A stretch of DNA of 64,000 bases, from NCBI RefSeq assembly GCF_023055435.1, contig NW_025964334.1, forward strand, positions 45,880,001 through 45,944,000, written 5' to 3'. This document shows, piece after piece, positions 52,800 through 64,000 of the stretch (position 1 is the first letter of the stretch; each line of letters starts with the position of its first letter). Both the position numbers and the translations under genes were made by a program. The notes beneath the pieces are model-generated. The model did not search any database, was not told the origin of the DNA, and saw only the letters and a program-made list of their open reading frames with translations. The stretch is from Haliotis rufescens. Taxonomy: Eukaryota.

Positions 52800-55170
52800 G
52801 TGAATCTTTTGTAATCGTTATCATGGTTATATTTACAAATTACCATAAAAAAATCTATTTATTCAAATTATTGTGATGACAGATGTATCAAGGCACCTGT
52901 AAACATGGTAATAGTCAAAATATGGTACAGAAGCTTGAAATTACATTGCTATGATGATTCTTTGGGCATGTTGAATGATATCTTACTACTTATTCCCACT
53001 GAATATAATTCCCATGTGACATTTGACTGGATTCACTTAGTTTGAGTGTCAGTAAACAGAGCTTACCATTGACACATGATGGAGCGATGGTCAACATGGT
53101 CAATATATCATATGTTGTTCAAAAAGGCATATCTGTTCTAAAGAAAGACCAGTACTTTCAGTGTTATGAATAACATTTCCTTTGCATAGATTATGTGGCA
53201 ATGTCCTCAAACATGTTAAACTACAATAATGATTTTAGACATTTACTGTGTATGTTGTTACGTTAAGACCATGCACAAACTCATCTTTCAATACAGTTAT
53301 TGATTGTTTGATGGTAAAGTGTAAGGCTTGCATTGTCATGTTCAGAATTAAGGATAAGAATCAAGGGGTCCTTGCCAATGCCTTCTTGTTAAAAAGTAAA
53401 TATTTAGAAGATCTCTAGATTCATAAACAGTAATACCATTGCAAAACATCTATGGACCCCTGGACACACAGGATTTAATTTCTGCATTATTAGTATATTA
53501 CTCATGTACAGCTGATGTATATGTTTCTCCATTAGCAGTTGTTCAATTATTTTAGTACATGTATCAGAAGGGGGGTTATGGTCTGAAATTGAATATCTGC
53601 ACATCAGAAATGTTTAATGGTAATCAGCATTTGAATATATATATCTTTGTTTCAGTGTGATTTTCATCATGTTCATTGACATGTCTTTTTCAACAAAATC
53701 ATCCTGTGTTTCAATATCATGTTCATATCGGTCATTTTGGCTGTAAAACACCATGTTTATCTAAGCTAGGGCAGAATAAATTATGTATTTCTTTGCTGAA
53801 CAGTCAGACCAATTCTTCGCCATGTTAGACGAGCAGCATAAAGCCCGGTTATTACATGTCGGAGATGAAACTGTCTCAGCATGCTTAGGGCAGCCCTACA
53901 AGACACTTAAATCCATCTGAACAGCCCTCTGTCAGTTTGTTGGCTTCTGGCACAAGGCCAGCCTCCAGGACGGCTTGGTAATACAGGTGGTGGAATGAGG
54001 ACATTAGCAAAATACAAGCTTCAAAGGATATTTTTTTTATTACCTGTAACAGACAGTTTCTCATGAACCTGAGCTGTATTCTCGGGTTGCAGGGACGATG
54101 AGTGTTCAACACAGGATTTAGAGTGAGATTTAGAGCACAGAGCTTGGACAATGTCAGAATATATGAATAATGATTACTGTTGACAGGGTGACTCAAAGAA
54201 GTGTTATTTACATGCAGTAACTGCCTTATCCCAAATACTCAACAATGTGCAATGTGATCATGTTGAAGGTCTTTATTGTATTTTAAATACTTTTGTGGTG
54301 GTATGAGTTATTCAATATTCCATGACGGTATGGACTGCTCACTACATGCTCAGTGATCATGATGATGACTAACTTGATTACAGATACATGCTGTTAGCAT
54401 GACTGGTATTACAACCAGGTAATTCAGTTAATAACTTGAGATCTTCAGGGTTAAACACCATCGTTATATCCAACTAGTTCGGAGGTCATTTCGAAAAAAC
54501 TAGTTGTTTGGAAGAACCAACTAATCCCTCTATGTTTTCTCCTGGTAACAGGCTGAGAAGCTGTGCTGTCTCTAACCCAGAATCCTTCAAACAATTTGCC
54601 AGCTGAATTGACTGTCCATAAGTAGCACTTGTATATACAAAAAATAACTAATGGAATAGTAATGTTAGTACCCTTTGCCTCTTTAAACTAAACCATGTTC
54701 TCAACTATTCAGCTATTCTACATGTTGTGGTATGCTCGGTGTATTTTGAGTAACCTATCATCAGCTGATCATACTATTTGTCCAGGGGAAACCCCAGAAG
54801 GAAAATCATTGCTTCCACTGCTAGTTCCAGACAAATGACTTAAATCACATAACTAGATTTTGGGAGAAAACAAGTGTTCACTCAGATTTCGATTATTCTT
54901 GAGACTAGCAGACAAATGGTCATATTAAAATCTGAAGAAAAATAAATACCAATAATTAGATTAGATAATCGTGATAATTACCATGATTACTGTTTAACAC
55001 AATTATTTCCATGATTTCTAATTACTGTTATCATTATTATTATCATTTAATTATAATCTTATAATATTTATTTATTTTTATTTTAACATGTGTTTAATGT
55101 AAATTATGTTTTTAATAAAATCATAATACCAGCTACCTGATTTTCATCGGCATGGTCAGTAGCTTGTTTT

Positions 55171-55421
55171 GACCGGTGAAGATCCGAGGTAGAATAGGTC
55201 TTCAGCAACCCATGCTTGCTGTAAATGGCGACTATATTTAAAGGAGGCGACTAACAGAATCGGGTGGTCTTGGTTGATGCATGTCATCATATCCCAATTG
55301 CGTGTATCGATGCTCATGATGTAAATCACCGGATTGTCTAGTCCAGACTCGATTATTTACAGACCTGTCATACAGCTGGAATATTGCTGAGTTTGGTGTT
55401 AAGCAACAAACACACAAACAA
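55171..55421 (+). mobile_element. SINE family A copy in LIX1L intron
   Basis: GACCGGTGAAGATCCGAGGTAGAATAGGTCTTCAGC...GTTAAGCAACAAAC. Confidence 0.85.
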
Positions 55422-56261
55422 ATGATTAGTTGTCTCATGTTCCGTGACTGTGACTTGCAGTGAGGATGTAGACCTAGTAATTGTGGTATGTGATCCAGCT
55501 ATGTGTCCCCTCGCTCATGTTCTCTTGATTTTAGACACATGATTAGTGTTGGGAATTGGTTAATAATCATGTTCTCATATTAGATCATACAAAATTAATT
55601 GATCAGCATCATTTTCTGTGTTAGCATGTTCCATTCAATAAAACTAGACCAGACATAACAAGAATCAACATGATTACCAAGAATGCTTACTTCAGCACTA
55701 TATTATTATTTTTATAAAAACTGGCCTCACTTTTTTCTTCAGCAGTAAGTTCTTGAAGTAGTGAACAAACCTTCCCAGGGAACCAAACTCTTTCATGGTT
55801 TTAAGATCATTTGTGTTCAGTTATGGAAAATTGCTTTGGTTTACTTGGCTGTTTGAACCTCCTGATAAATCTTTGATGATTTCATTAATCGGAACAGAAC
55901 TACATGTGATACATTGGAAGAGGAGTAATTGTTCGAGGGTTTAGTTCCAGTTTTCTTGATGCAAGTCTGGAAGTTAAGCTTGGTTTGAAAGCAGGGCTTT
56001 TGTTATGATTCTGACTCACCTACTCTGTCATGTCTCTTTGTTTGTCTTCCGTGAATTAGGTCAGGGTACATGCAGCACTTCATCATCAGGATAAGCAGTG
56101 ATAAGTTATGTAAATTTATGATAAGTCAGCTTATCTTAAGTTTGTTATTTAGTTGTGCTTAACTCTAAGTTTCTTAATATTCTTCAGCAGCCTATTAAGT
56201 TCTCAGGTTTAATTTTAATGGCTGTCTTTGATTTTTATTGAGTGCTACCAAACACTGTGTT

Positions 56262-56590
56262 AGTTTTTTTGTTAGTTTGTTGTTTAACCTCGCACTCAGC
56301 AATATTCACAAGCAACGATCCACGCAATTGGTCTACAATGACATGCATGAACCAAGTCAGCGAGCATGATCACCCGATCCCGTTAGTCGCCTCTTACAAC
56401 ATGCATGAGTGAGTGTTGTCTAACACCGCAGTCAGCACTATTCCAGCTATGTCACATGGACCTGTAAACCCCTCTCAACCAGACAAACCCACCATATTAG
56501 AATGATGCGTTGCTGCAGTCAGCCAAATCACAGGGCCTGACCTCCAATCAATGTCAGATGATTCTTACCACAAGCATGCGTTACTTCGGA
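56262..56590 (-). mobile_element. Two degenerate SINE family A-related fragments
   Basis: GTTTAAC..CGCACTCAGCAATATTC and ACCAAGTCAGCGAG...GTTAGTCGCCTCTTAC matches. Confidence 0.6.
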
Positions 56591-56593
56591 CCA

Positions 56594-56850
56594 GGGGGCA
56601 TGGTTGGCGCTGTCGTATAAGGCTGCGTCATTCGCTGTACAGAGTAGGCGTACAAGAAACCTATGATAGTGGGTTCGAATCCCAGTTCACCTTGATTATG
56701 TTTCTCGGTTTGTGAGCACCAGACCTGTGCTCATTTCAACAGTGGAAGATGTCGAAGACCTGCATCACTTCAGGCTACCTTCCCACTTCAAGCAAACATG
56801 TGATATAACTGAAATATTGATCATTGCTGTGCTAAACCAACTCACTCAGT
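56594..56850 (+). mobile_element. Diverged copy of the tRNA/V-like SINE
   Basis: Shares AGAAACCTATGAT.GTGGGTTCGAATCCC, GATTATGTTTCT and GTGATATAACTG...CAACTCACTC with the 34390 copy. Confidence 0.75.
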
Positions 56851-57809
56851 GGACCAATTTTTCTGCAGGACCCAGCAAGGACAGTGTATTCGTATCTTAA
56901 TATGGTGAAGACAGATTCATAGCTTTATAGAAATTGTTATATTTACTGCAAGGCTCCCCAGTACATGCTATGCTATGTAAGTCCAAGATGGACAAATCAT
57001 AATGGCCATCCACAGCTGTCCAGTTATATTTGGTCACTGACTGACTTTCAACATTGTATTGTCCAGGCCCAGTTCCATGACATGATCTTAGTGCTACAAC
57101 TGCCTCAAGTCTGTTGAAGTAGGAGATATAAATAGTCTTAGCACTAAGAATGAGATAGCTCTGTGGAATGGTACCGTGATCATGGCACTGACAAAACAAC
57201 AATGGTTGCTTAGCCAGCCAAAATTAAATTTGAATTTATATTGGTGAGTATCCAGTTGAAGGCTTGCATAATAAAAACTCTATCTAACAAGTAGGTAGAA
57301 TCCAGCTGGAACCTATTCTCATTATCCACTTGAAATAACCCTCAGATTACAACCATTAAGTAGCAAGGTTTTATTTCCTGATAATTCAATCATTAAGTAA
57401 AATTACAGTGTGTAATGTCATAAATTAATTAAGTATATACACTACAGAGTGACCCATTTCCTGTTTAGAGCCTTCGTCTGAAGTGAGGAATGTTTGCTAT
57501 CTAAAATTACAACACTTGTAAGCCCTGATGGCTTGGGTAATAGGCCTGAAAGGCTTTTAAAGTGAAACCATTAGTCTTACTGTCTGAGAACTGTGTAGTG
57601 TTAGCACAGAGAACTTGATCCCACAGTTCTCAGTGTGATGTCTCTTCCTCTGCTCCTGTGTAAGTGACAAGACATTGACATGCCTGCCACATGGTTACTG
57701 AGGCAGAAAGCTCCCCGGCTACATGATATAGACATGGATAGATGTTATGTCTTCCCTGTCACCTCAGGCTAGAGCAGTAGGACAGTGTGAGAGGTGTGTA
57801 GATCTGTCC

Positions 57810-59200
57810 CCCCTTATGTTAGCCCCCACCCCCATCCCCAACTCCTTTATTTTAGCCCCACCAGGCATGTACAACTCTCCCCCCTTATGTTAGCCCCACC
57901 AAGGCCTGTACATCCCCCCCCCCCCCCCCCCCCTTATGTTAGCCCCATCCAGGCCTGTACAACTCTCCCTCCTTATTTTAGCCCCACCCTAATCTGTGCA
58001 ACTCTCCCCCCTTATGTTAGCTCCACCCAGGCCTGTACAACTCTCCCCCCTTATTTTAGCCCCACCCTAATCTGTACAATTCTCCCCCCTTATGCTAGCC
58101 CCATCCAGGCCTGTACAAGTCTCCCTCCTTATGTTAGCCCCATCCAGGCCTGTACAAGTCTCCCTCCTTATGATAGCCCCATCCAGGCCTGTACAATTCT
58201 CCCTCCTTATGATAGCCCCATCCAGGCCTGTACAAGTCTCCCTCCTTATGATAGCCCCATCCAGGCCTGTACAAGTCTCCCTCCTTATGATAGCCCCATC
58301 CAGGCCTGTACAAGTCTCCCTCCTTATGCTAGCCCCACCCAGGCCTGTACAAGTCCCCCCCCCCCCCCTTATGATAGCCCCATCCAGGCCTGTACAATTC
58401 TCCCCCCTTATGTTAGCCCCATCCAGGCCTGTACAACTCTCCCTCCTTATGTTAGCCCCACCCTAATCTGTGCAACTCTCCCCCCTTATGCTAGCCCCAC
58501 CCAGGCCTGTACAACTCTCCCCCCTTATGTTAGCCCCATCCAGGCCTGTACAATTCTCCCCCCTTATGTTAGCCCCATCCAGGCCTGTACAATTCTCCCC
58601 CCTTATGTTAGCCCCACCCAGGCCTGTACAACTCTCCCCCCTTATGTTAGCCCCATCCAGGCCTGTACAATTCTCCCCCCTTATGTTAGCTCCACCCTAA
58701 TCTGTGCAACTCTCCCCCCTTATTTTAGCCCCACCCTAATCTGTACAACTCTTCCTCCTTATGTGAGCCCCATCCAGGCCTGTACAACTCTCCCCCCTTA
58801 TGTTAGCCCCATCCAGGCCTGTACAACTCTCCCTCCTTATGTGAGCCCAACCCTAATCTGTACAACTCTCCCTCCTTATGTCAGCCCCACCCTAATCTGT
58901 GCAACTCTCCCCCCTTATTTTAGCCCCACCCAGGCCTGTACAACTCTACCCCTTATGTTAGCCCCCCCCCCCCTGATCTGTGCAACTCTACCCCCTTATT
59001 TTAGCCCCACCCAGGCCTGTACAACTCTACTCCTTATGTTAGCCCCCCCCCCCCCTGATCTGTGCAACTCTCCCCCCTTATTTTAGCCCCACCCAGGCCT
59101 GTACAACTCTACTCCTTATGTTAGCCCCCCCCTGATCTGTGCAACTCTCCCCCCTTATGTTAGCCCCACCCTAATCTTTGCAACTCTTCTCCCTTATTTT
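57810..59200. repeat. 39-bp C-rich minisatellite in LIX1L intron
   Basis: CCTTATGTTAGCCCCATCCAGGCCTGTACAACTCTCCC; source of the spurious 430-aa ORF. Confidence 0.96.
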
Positions 59201-60290
59201 ACTCCCAATGTTATATTTTCTCAAAGTTAATTTGTCATTTTCCAAAGAGAAGCAGGAAGTTTATTATGTTTATTGATAAACAAATGTTGTAGACAAATTT
59301 TCAGTGTCTAAGATACCATCATGTAAAAACGACAACTTTGTAGAACTTTAGCATGTTTACTTATAATGAAAGTATTTTGTGTCATCAGCTCATCATAGTA
59401 GATTATTCTGTCATGATGAAAAAAAACAGTGGCAATGGACACTGATCAACAGCATCTGACAATATCTTTTCTTCTAATTTGGTTTCAAGACTCAAATAAT
59501 TTATTCCTTGTCTGAAAGGAAGGCATTGTTACCATGGTTCCAGAACTCTGATATTTCAAGCAATGTCACCCGCTAAATGCTGTACATAAAGACTACATAT
59601 GGCTTTCTGAATAATGAATACATCCTTTTGTCCTTTAATCAAGTCAGATTAAATATGCATGACTTCCCCTTGACCTTGCTGAGAATATTGTATTTGTTTA
59701 ATGGGTGCTAATTGCGTGTTTATTAAATATTCAGTGCTTCTATGTGCAGTGCTATCCTGAATATGTGAAGAGTGTCTCAGAACTTAATGAAATTCAGTGA
59801 TAGTATTCTCTTGGGATGGATAAATTAAGTTTATGCTTAAAAGAAATCACATGACCATAAATACTGAAAGGGTTTGAGGTTCAAGCAGTTCCATTACATT
59901 TGGAATTGCAGATACCATAAATACAACTTTAAATGTTTGTGTGATGTTTTTATTTGTGACCCCAACCCAAGCAAACTAGAACAACAAAAACCTGAATATT
60001 TTCCGGTATTTAATTGCTGATTAGAACATGTAGACTTTTACCCTTTTTCATGACATGCCTTGATAAAACAGTTGTTGAGATGAAGTCATCATTGATTGAA
60101 ATATTACATGAATATGTCGCCTTGCTACACTCCAGGTGAGGGTTTAGGTCTATGTGTGAAACAGTGACACTCTACCAGAACACAGATAACAATATGTGAT
60201 ACTGTACAACATACAAGCTTCCTGTTACTTGTGTGTCAGCAATCCTCATCCTTATCTGCAATAGGATTAAGTGCTGCAACAACAAATGTC

Positions 60291-62525
60291 GTTGTTGTTG
60301 TTGCATTAGGTGTTTAAGAGGTCGCCTTCTGCCTAGGCAATTTCGGCTGACCTGTCCCTCTTTGGGACTCCTGTGTGTGAGAAGGGTTCACATATCTATT
60401 GTGAGTTCGGTGTTCACATAATTTCTGTTTTTGCATTGATATGATTTCTATTTTCTTATATTGATATGATTTCATTTTTATCCTTGGCTGCTCTGTTTAT
60501 ATACGTTCGAGCAGCTGTCCATCTCTCAGAAATAGAGTTAGTTTGGCCTTCGCTATTGCATCTCTTGGCTTTAGGAGATCTATGACAGATAGCGGATCTA
60601 ACTGCAATTCTTGTTTTAACCTAGCCCGGGCCGGGGCATGGTCTTGACATTCTAGTAACAGGTGGTCAATGGTTTCAGCCTGATTGCAAGATGAACAAAC
60701 CTTGTCATAGTGCTTTTTGTGACCAAGTCTGAGGCGTGAGATAGCAGTTTCAATTTTCCTTTCATTTGAGTATGAGTTTGGCTTTTGTTGGACCTTGGGT
60801 TGAATTTTGTATAGCCATCTGCCGATCTTACTTGCGTCCCATTGGGTTTGCCATCTTTTTGCTATGGAGGCTTTGATTTTGCTTTTTATCTCTAGTTTAC
60901 TAAAGGGAATAGGCTGTATATCCGCTTTGTCTAGAGCTAGCTTCGCCAGTGAGTCTGCTTTTTCATTTCCATGAATATCTATGTGAGAGGGGATCCAACA
61001 CAGCTCCACCTGTTGCCCTTGGTCCGATAGTTTTGTATATTCGTATAGAATATTGTTGACTGTGTTTGGCCTGGAGTTTGAGTTTCTTCCACTGATGGCC
61101 TGAAGTGCACTTAGCGAGTCTGATAGGACGACTGCCTTTGCTTCCGGGAGTTCCGGTATGAGTTTGAGTGCATGATGAATTGCCTCCAATTCAGCCGTGA
61201 ATACTGACTGACCATCGGGCAAGCGAACTGAATGTGCTTGGGGTTTGGAGCTGTGGATATGGATCCCGTAACCAGCACTGTTGTTGATAGGATTCTTGGA
61301 TCCATCAGTGTATATATGGGCCCAGCTGTCCCAGGTAGTTTGAATTTTAGTGATAGCTACTGAACGTAGTAGGGTTGGGTTTTCTCTTTTAGTGACTTCT
61401 GATGTTAAAGCAGTGTCAACTTTGGGAGTTTGTAAAGTCCAGGGAGGGTGTAACCCTTTGTAGTGACTTTCTGGAGGCTGAATGTCATCGCAATTGTGAC
61501 TTTGAATGAGTTCACGTACTAATATCCCAGATGGCTTTAGTGAGGGATTTTTTCGAGCTAGGGCCTCATCTCGAGCGTTTTTGTCTTGCCATATCTTTTT
61601 AACCAAAGGGTTTGATGTTCGTCCCCAGAACGATAATATTGCCTGCTCTCGTCTTAGTTTCAATGGGAGTTCTCCCGTTTCTACTTGTAGTGCTTCTAGT
61701 GAGGTGCCTGTCGCTGCGCCTGTGGCCAGTATTAGGGCTTTGTATTGTATTCTGTCTAGTCGCCTCAAGACAGTATTTGATGCTGAGTGAAAAGCCTCAC
61801 AACCATAGTCAATTTTTGATCTGATAAGAGCTTTGTAGAGGTCCAGCTGAGTGTCCCTCGATGTGCCCCAAGATGTGCCTGAAATTGCCCGTAATACGTT
61901 CAGGTCTTTTTGACATCTGTTTTCCACATATTCGATATGCTTGCGCCAAGTGAGGTGTTGATCAAGGATAACTCCAAGAAATATTGCAGATTTTTCGAAT
62001 TTGATAGGTTTGCCTTTTATGGAGACACGGGGTATCATAGCATCTTTCCCCCGGCGTTTGAATAGAACTCCAACAGTTTTTTCACTTGAAAGGGTGAATC
62101 CCCATTTATTGCACCATTGATCTACTCCGTCCAGGGCTGACTGGAGTTTTTTTCTGATTTGTGAGATATCTCTGTGCTTTACCCATATTGCTCCGTCATC
62201 AGCGAACTTAGAAGTTTGGGTAGGAGAGTTGACATGGTCAAAAAGATCATTGATCATGATATTAAACAGGGTTGGGCTTATAATGCTGCCTTGTGGCGTG
62301 CCATTGTCCAGTGCCATAGGATCCGATCGATTGTTCCCTATTTTAACTGAAAGCGACCTGTCTTGCAGGAAGCTGTCTATGAAGTTTGCCATGTTCCCTT
62401 CAACTCCATTTTGTGATAGTTTTGAGAGGAGTCCGTCATGCCATACCATGTCGAAGGCTTTGCTGAAGTCCAGAAATACTGCGGCTAGGTATTGTCTGTT
62501 TAATTGGGCTTTTTTTATTTCATTT
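60291..62525 (-). mobile_element. 5'-truncated non-LTR retrotransposon (I-group, Nimb/Ingi/I-like LINE with RNase H)
   Basis: 11-bp TSD CAACAAATGTC at 60280-60290 and 62526-62536; (CAA)n tail at 60291; ~200-bp 3'UTR; truncated inside the RT domain. Confidence 0.93.
60497..62524 (-). CDS. LINE ORF2 C-terminal part: reverse transcriptase + RNase H + CCHC knuckle (no native start)
   Basis: Frame is open from the truncation point: NEIKKAQLNRQYLAAVFLDFSKAFDMVWH..., GTPQGS, FADD, RNase H (YTDGSK, AELEAI, SDSLS, WIPSH..GNEKAD), CSSCNQAETIDHLLLEC. Confidence 0.92.
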   Translation of the reverse strand, partial: NEIKKAQLNRQYLAAVFLDFSKAFDMVWHDGLLSKLSQNGVEGNMANFIDSFLQDRSLSVKIGNNRSDPMALDNGTPQGSIISPTLFNIMINDLFDHVNSPTQTSKFADDGAIWVKHRDISQIRKKLQSALDGVDQWCNKWGFTLSSEKTVGVLFKRRGKDAMIPRVSIKGKPIKFEKSAIFLGVILDQHLTWRKHIEYVENRCQKDLNVLRAISGTSWGTSRDTQLDLYKALIRSKIDYGCEAFHSASNTVLRRLDRIQYKALILATGAATGTSLEALQVETGELPLKLRREQAILSFWGRTSNPLVKKIWQDKNARDEALARKNPSLKPSGILVRELIQSHNCDDIQPPESHYKGLHPPWTLQTPKVDTALTSEVTKRENPTLLRSVAITKIQTTWDSWAHIYTDGSKNPINNSAGYGIHIHSSKPQAHSVRLPDGQSVFTAELEAIHHALKLIPELPEAKAVVLSDSLSALQAISGRNSNSRPNTVNNILYEYTKLSDQGQQVELCWIPSHIDIHGNEKADSLAKLALDKADIQPIPFSKLEIKSKIKASIAKRWQTQWDASKIGRWLYKIQPKVQQKPNSYSNERKIETAISRLRLGHKKHYDKVCSSCNQAETIDHLLLECQDHAPARARLKQELQLDPLSVIDLLKPRDAIAKAKLTLFLRDGQLLERI

Positions 62526-64000
62526 CAACAAATGTCTTCAGGCCATCTGATTAAATATATAATTCTCTCCCCCTCTTTGTGTCAAAGGTAATTACTTTGA
62601 GCTTTGACAGCTGAGGGTGTTAAATTTACAGATTATTACACCTGGGCAGCTAATTAGTTGCACCGAACAAACATGTTAAATAAACACCAGTAATAATAGA
62701 GGTGTTAATTAGGGCAGTTGTCGCCAGAAGAGTGGGTTAGGACTAGAATATTGTTTTACATCGTGTTTATTTTGACGATTGTGTAATTAGCTATTGCTAC
62801 ACATAACCTCATGTCGAATGCCACAAGATGCCAGTGAGGCTTGCAGCAGCAGCTTGTTGTGACGACTTGGGAAAAACAAACGCCCATGTTGGCAAAACAT
62901 GATTCAATACTGAGCAGGATCAGTTTGTTCACTTGGGGCCAGGGAGAGCACAGCAGTCTGTAGACAGGGATGCCCGGCGCCTTTCAGTGGACATGTTAGG
63001 GACGGTCTGGTGCAGTGCAACTGTGGTGTAACCTGCAGCTCAGGCAACAGTGCACACAACCTCTGTTCTACACAATTTGGGATTCATTTTACAAAATGTT
63101 GCCAATGGATTATGACTTTGCCTCTGCAGACTGTAAGTTGATACTTGTTTATGTGTTTTTGTCATCATGTTGGATGGCTTGGGAGAAAGGATTGGGTCAT
63201 GCCAGTTTTAGGACTTTTAGATTTGTCAACCATGTCCATGTTGATCATGTTTCAATGGAATATGGACAATCATTGAGCTCACGCTCCTTGTGAACCAAAG
63301 GAACCTTTGAGGATACATCAAGCTACTGTATTCTGTGATCGAGTAAGACATATCTTTCTGTCATGGCTATGAACTACACGGGACTCGTGCATCTTTTGAA
63401 GTAGTTTGAGTAAGGTATTAGATTCATGACATTTTGTCCAACTCATTGTCTGTAGCATATTTGCCACCACAGTTCAACCGGTGATGTGCCTATTGACATT
63501 ACTTCAAAGTATAACATGGTTTAATATCTACTGCAAATACCACAGGGTAATGCAAATATTTATTTGTCCTGTAGAGGTCAGTGAGTTATTCACTTTTTGT
63601 CAGGTAAATATACTGTATTAACACATTCCTACTCCAGGCAGCCTGGGTTGTCTCTGCTCAGAGTGTCCCCTCCTTCAGAAGTTGTGCCATATGCAAAAAT
63701 TCCAACATGTCATGTTTGTCAGACACTGTGGATGTTGAGGTGTCTGTCATGGAGTTTGTCTATTCCTTTGTATGTATGTTGTATATGTAGAAGAAACTGT
63801 TCATCAGCACGCTTTGCTCCATCCGCCCCTGTGCACCTTGCCACCTCGTCGATGTTGCCACTGTAGTGGCAGAAACTGGAGTATTGCAGGGTCACGCTGG
63901 GCTACGACGGCGGTTGTATTGATTCTAGGTGTTGATCGTGTGTAGAGACATGAGGATAAACTGGAGAGATTTGTCTTGATCGTCATTAAACTTCCTCCTG

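Noticed and set aside
52800-52876. C-terminal part of track ORF 52562..52876
   Set aside because: Intron read-through past the donor at 52800; LIX1L similarity stops there.
57794-59086. 430-aa Pro-rich ORF with YxSP repeats reminiscent of extensin or Pol II CTD
   Set aside because: Open only because the unit is 39 bp; non-ATG start, poly-C slippage tracts, intronic position in LIX1L.
52800-64000. LIX1L exon 2 (expected VNVVEALQEFWQMK)
   Set aside because: Searched by eye and not found; presumably beyond the window.

Overview
Eukaryotic (animal, probably mollusc-like; inference from SINE types and minisatellite load) genomic DNA, not prokaryotic. It holds one complete six-exon gene on the minus strand, ACP1 / low-molecular-weight protein tyrosine phosphatase (CDS 51743->36421, 164 aa). 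ACP1 is head-to-head with the first coding exon of a LIX1L/lowfat gene (+, 52562-52799) across a compact YY1/ZNF143/ETS-motif promoter at ~51.75 kb. A 1.9-kb Tc1/mariner/IS630-type DNA transposon with a DD83E (Sailor-like) transposase and ~240-bp TIRs lies in ACP1 intron 1. A 5'-truncated RT+RNase H LINE with an 11-bp TSD lies in the LIX1L intron. There are at least three SINE families, one nested in another, and small MITEs. About 16 unrelated minisatellite arrays cover roughly a quarter of the window, and most long ORFs in the supplied track are artefacts of them. The most unusual observation is that ACP1 intronic minisatellites appear to be amplified copies of the gene's own splice junctions: a 74-bp array copies the exon-5 3' end (IEDPYY catalytic loop) plus its GTGAGT donor 14 times, and a 32-bp array resembles the exon-3 acceptor. 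A CpG-rich zone at ~25-26 kb looks like the 5' end of a third, unidentified minus-strand gene whose long intron may span 1-25 kb.
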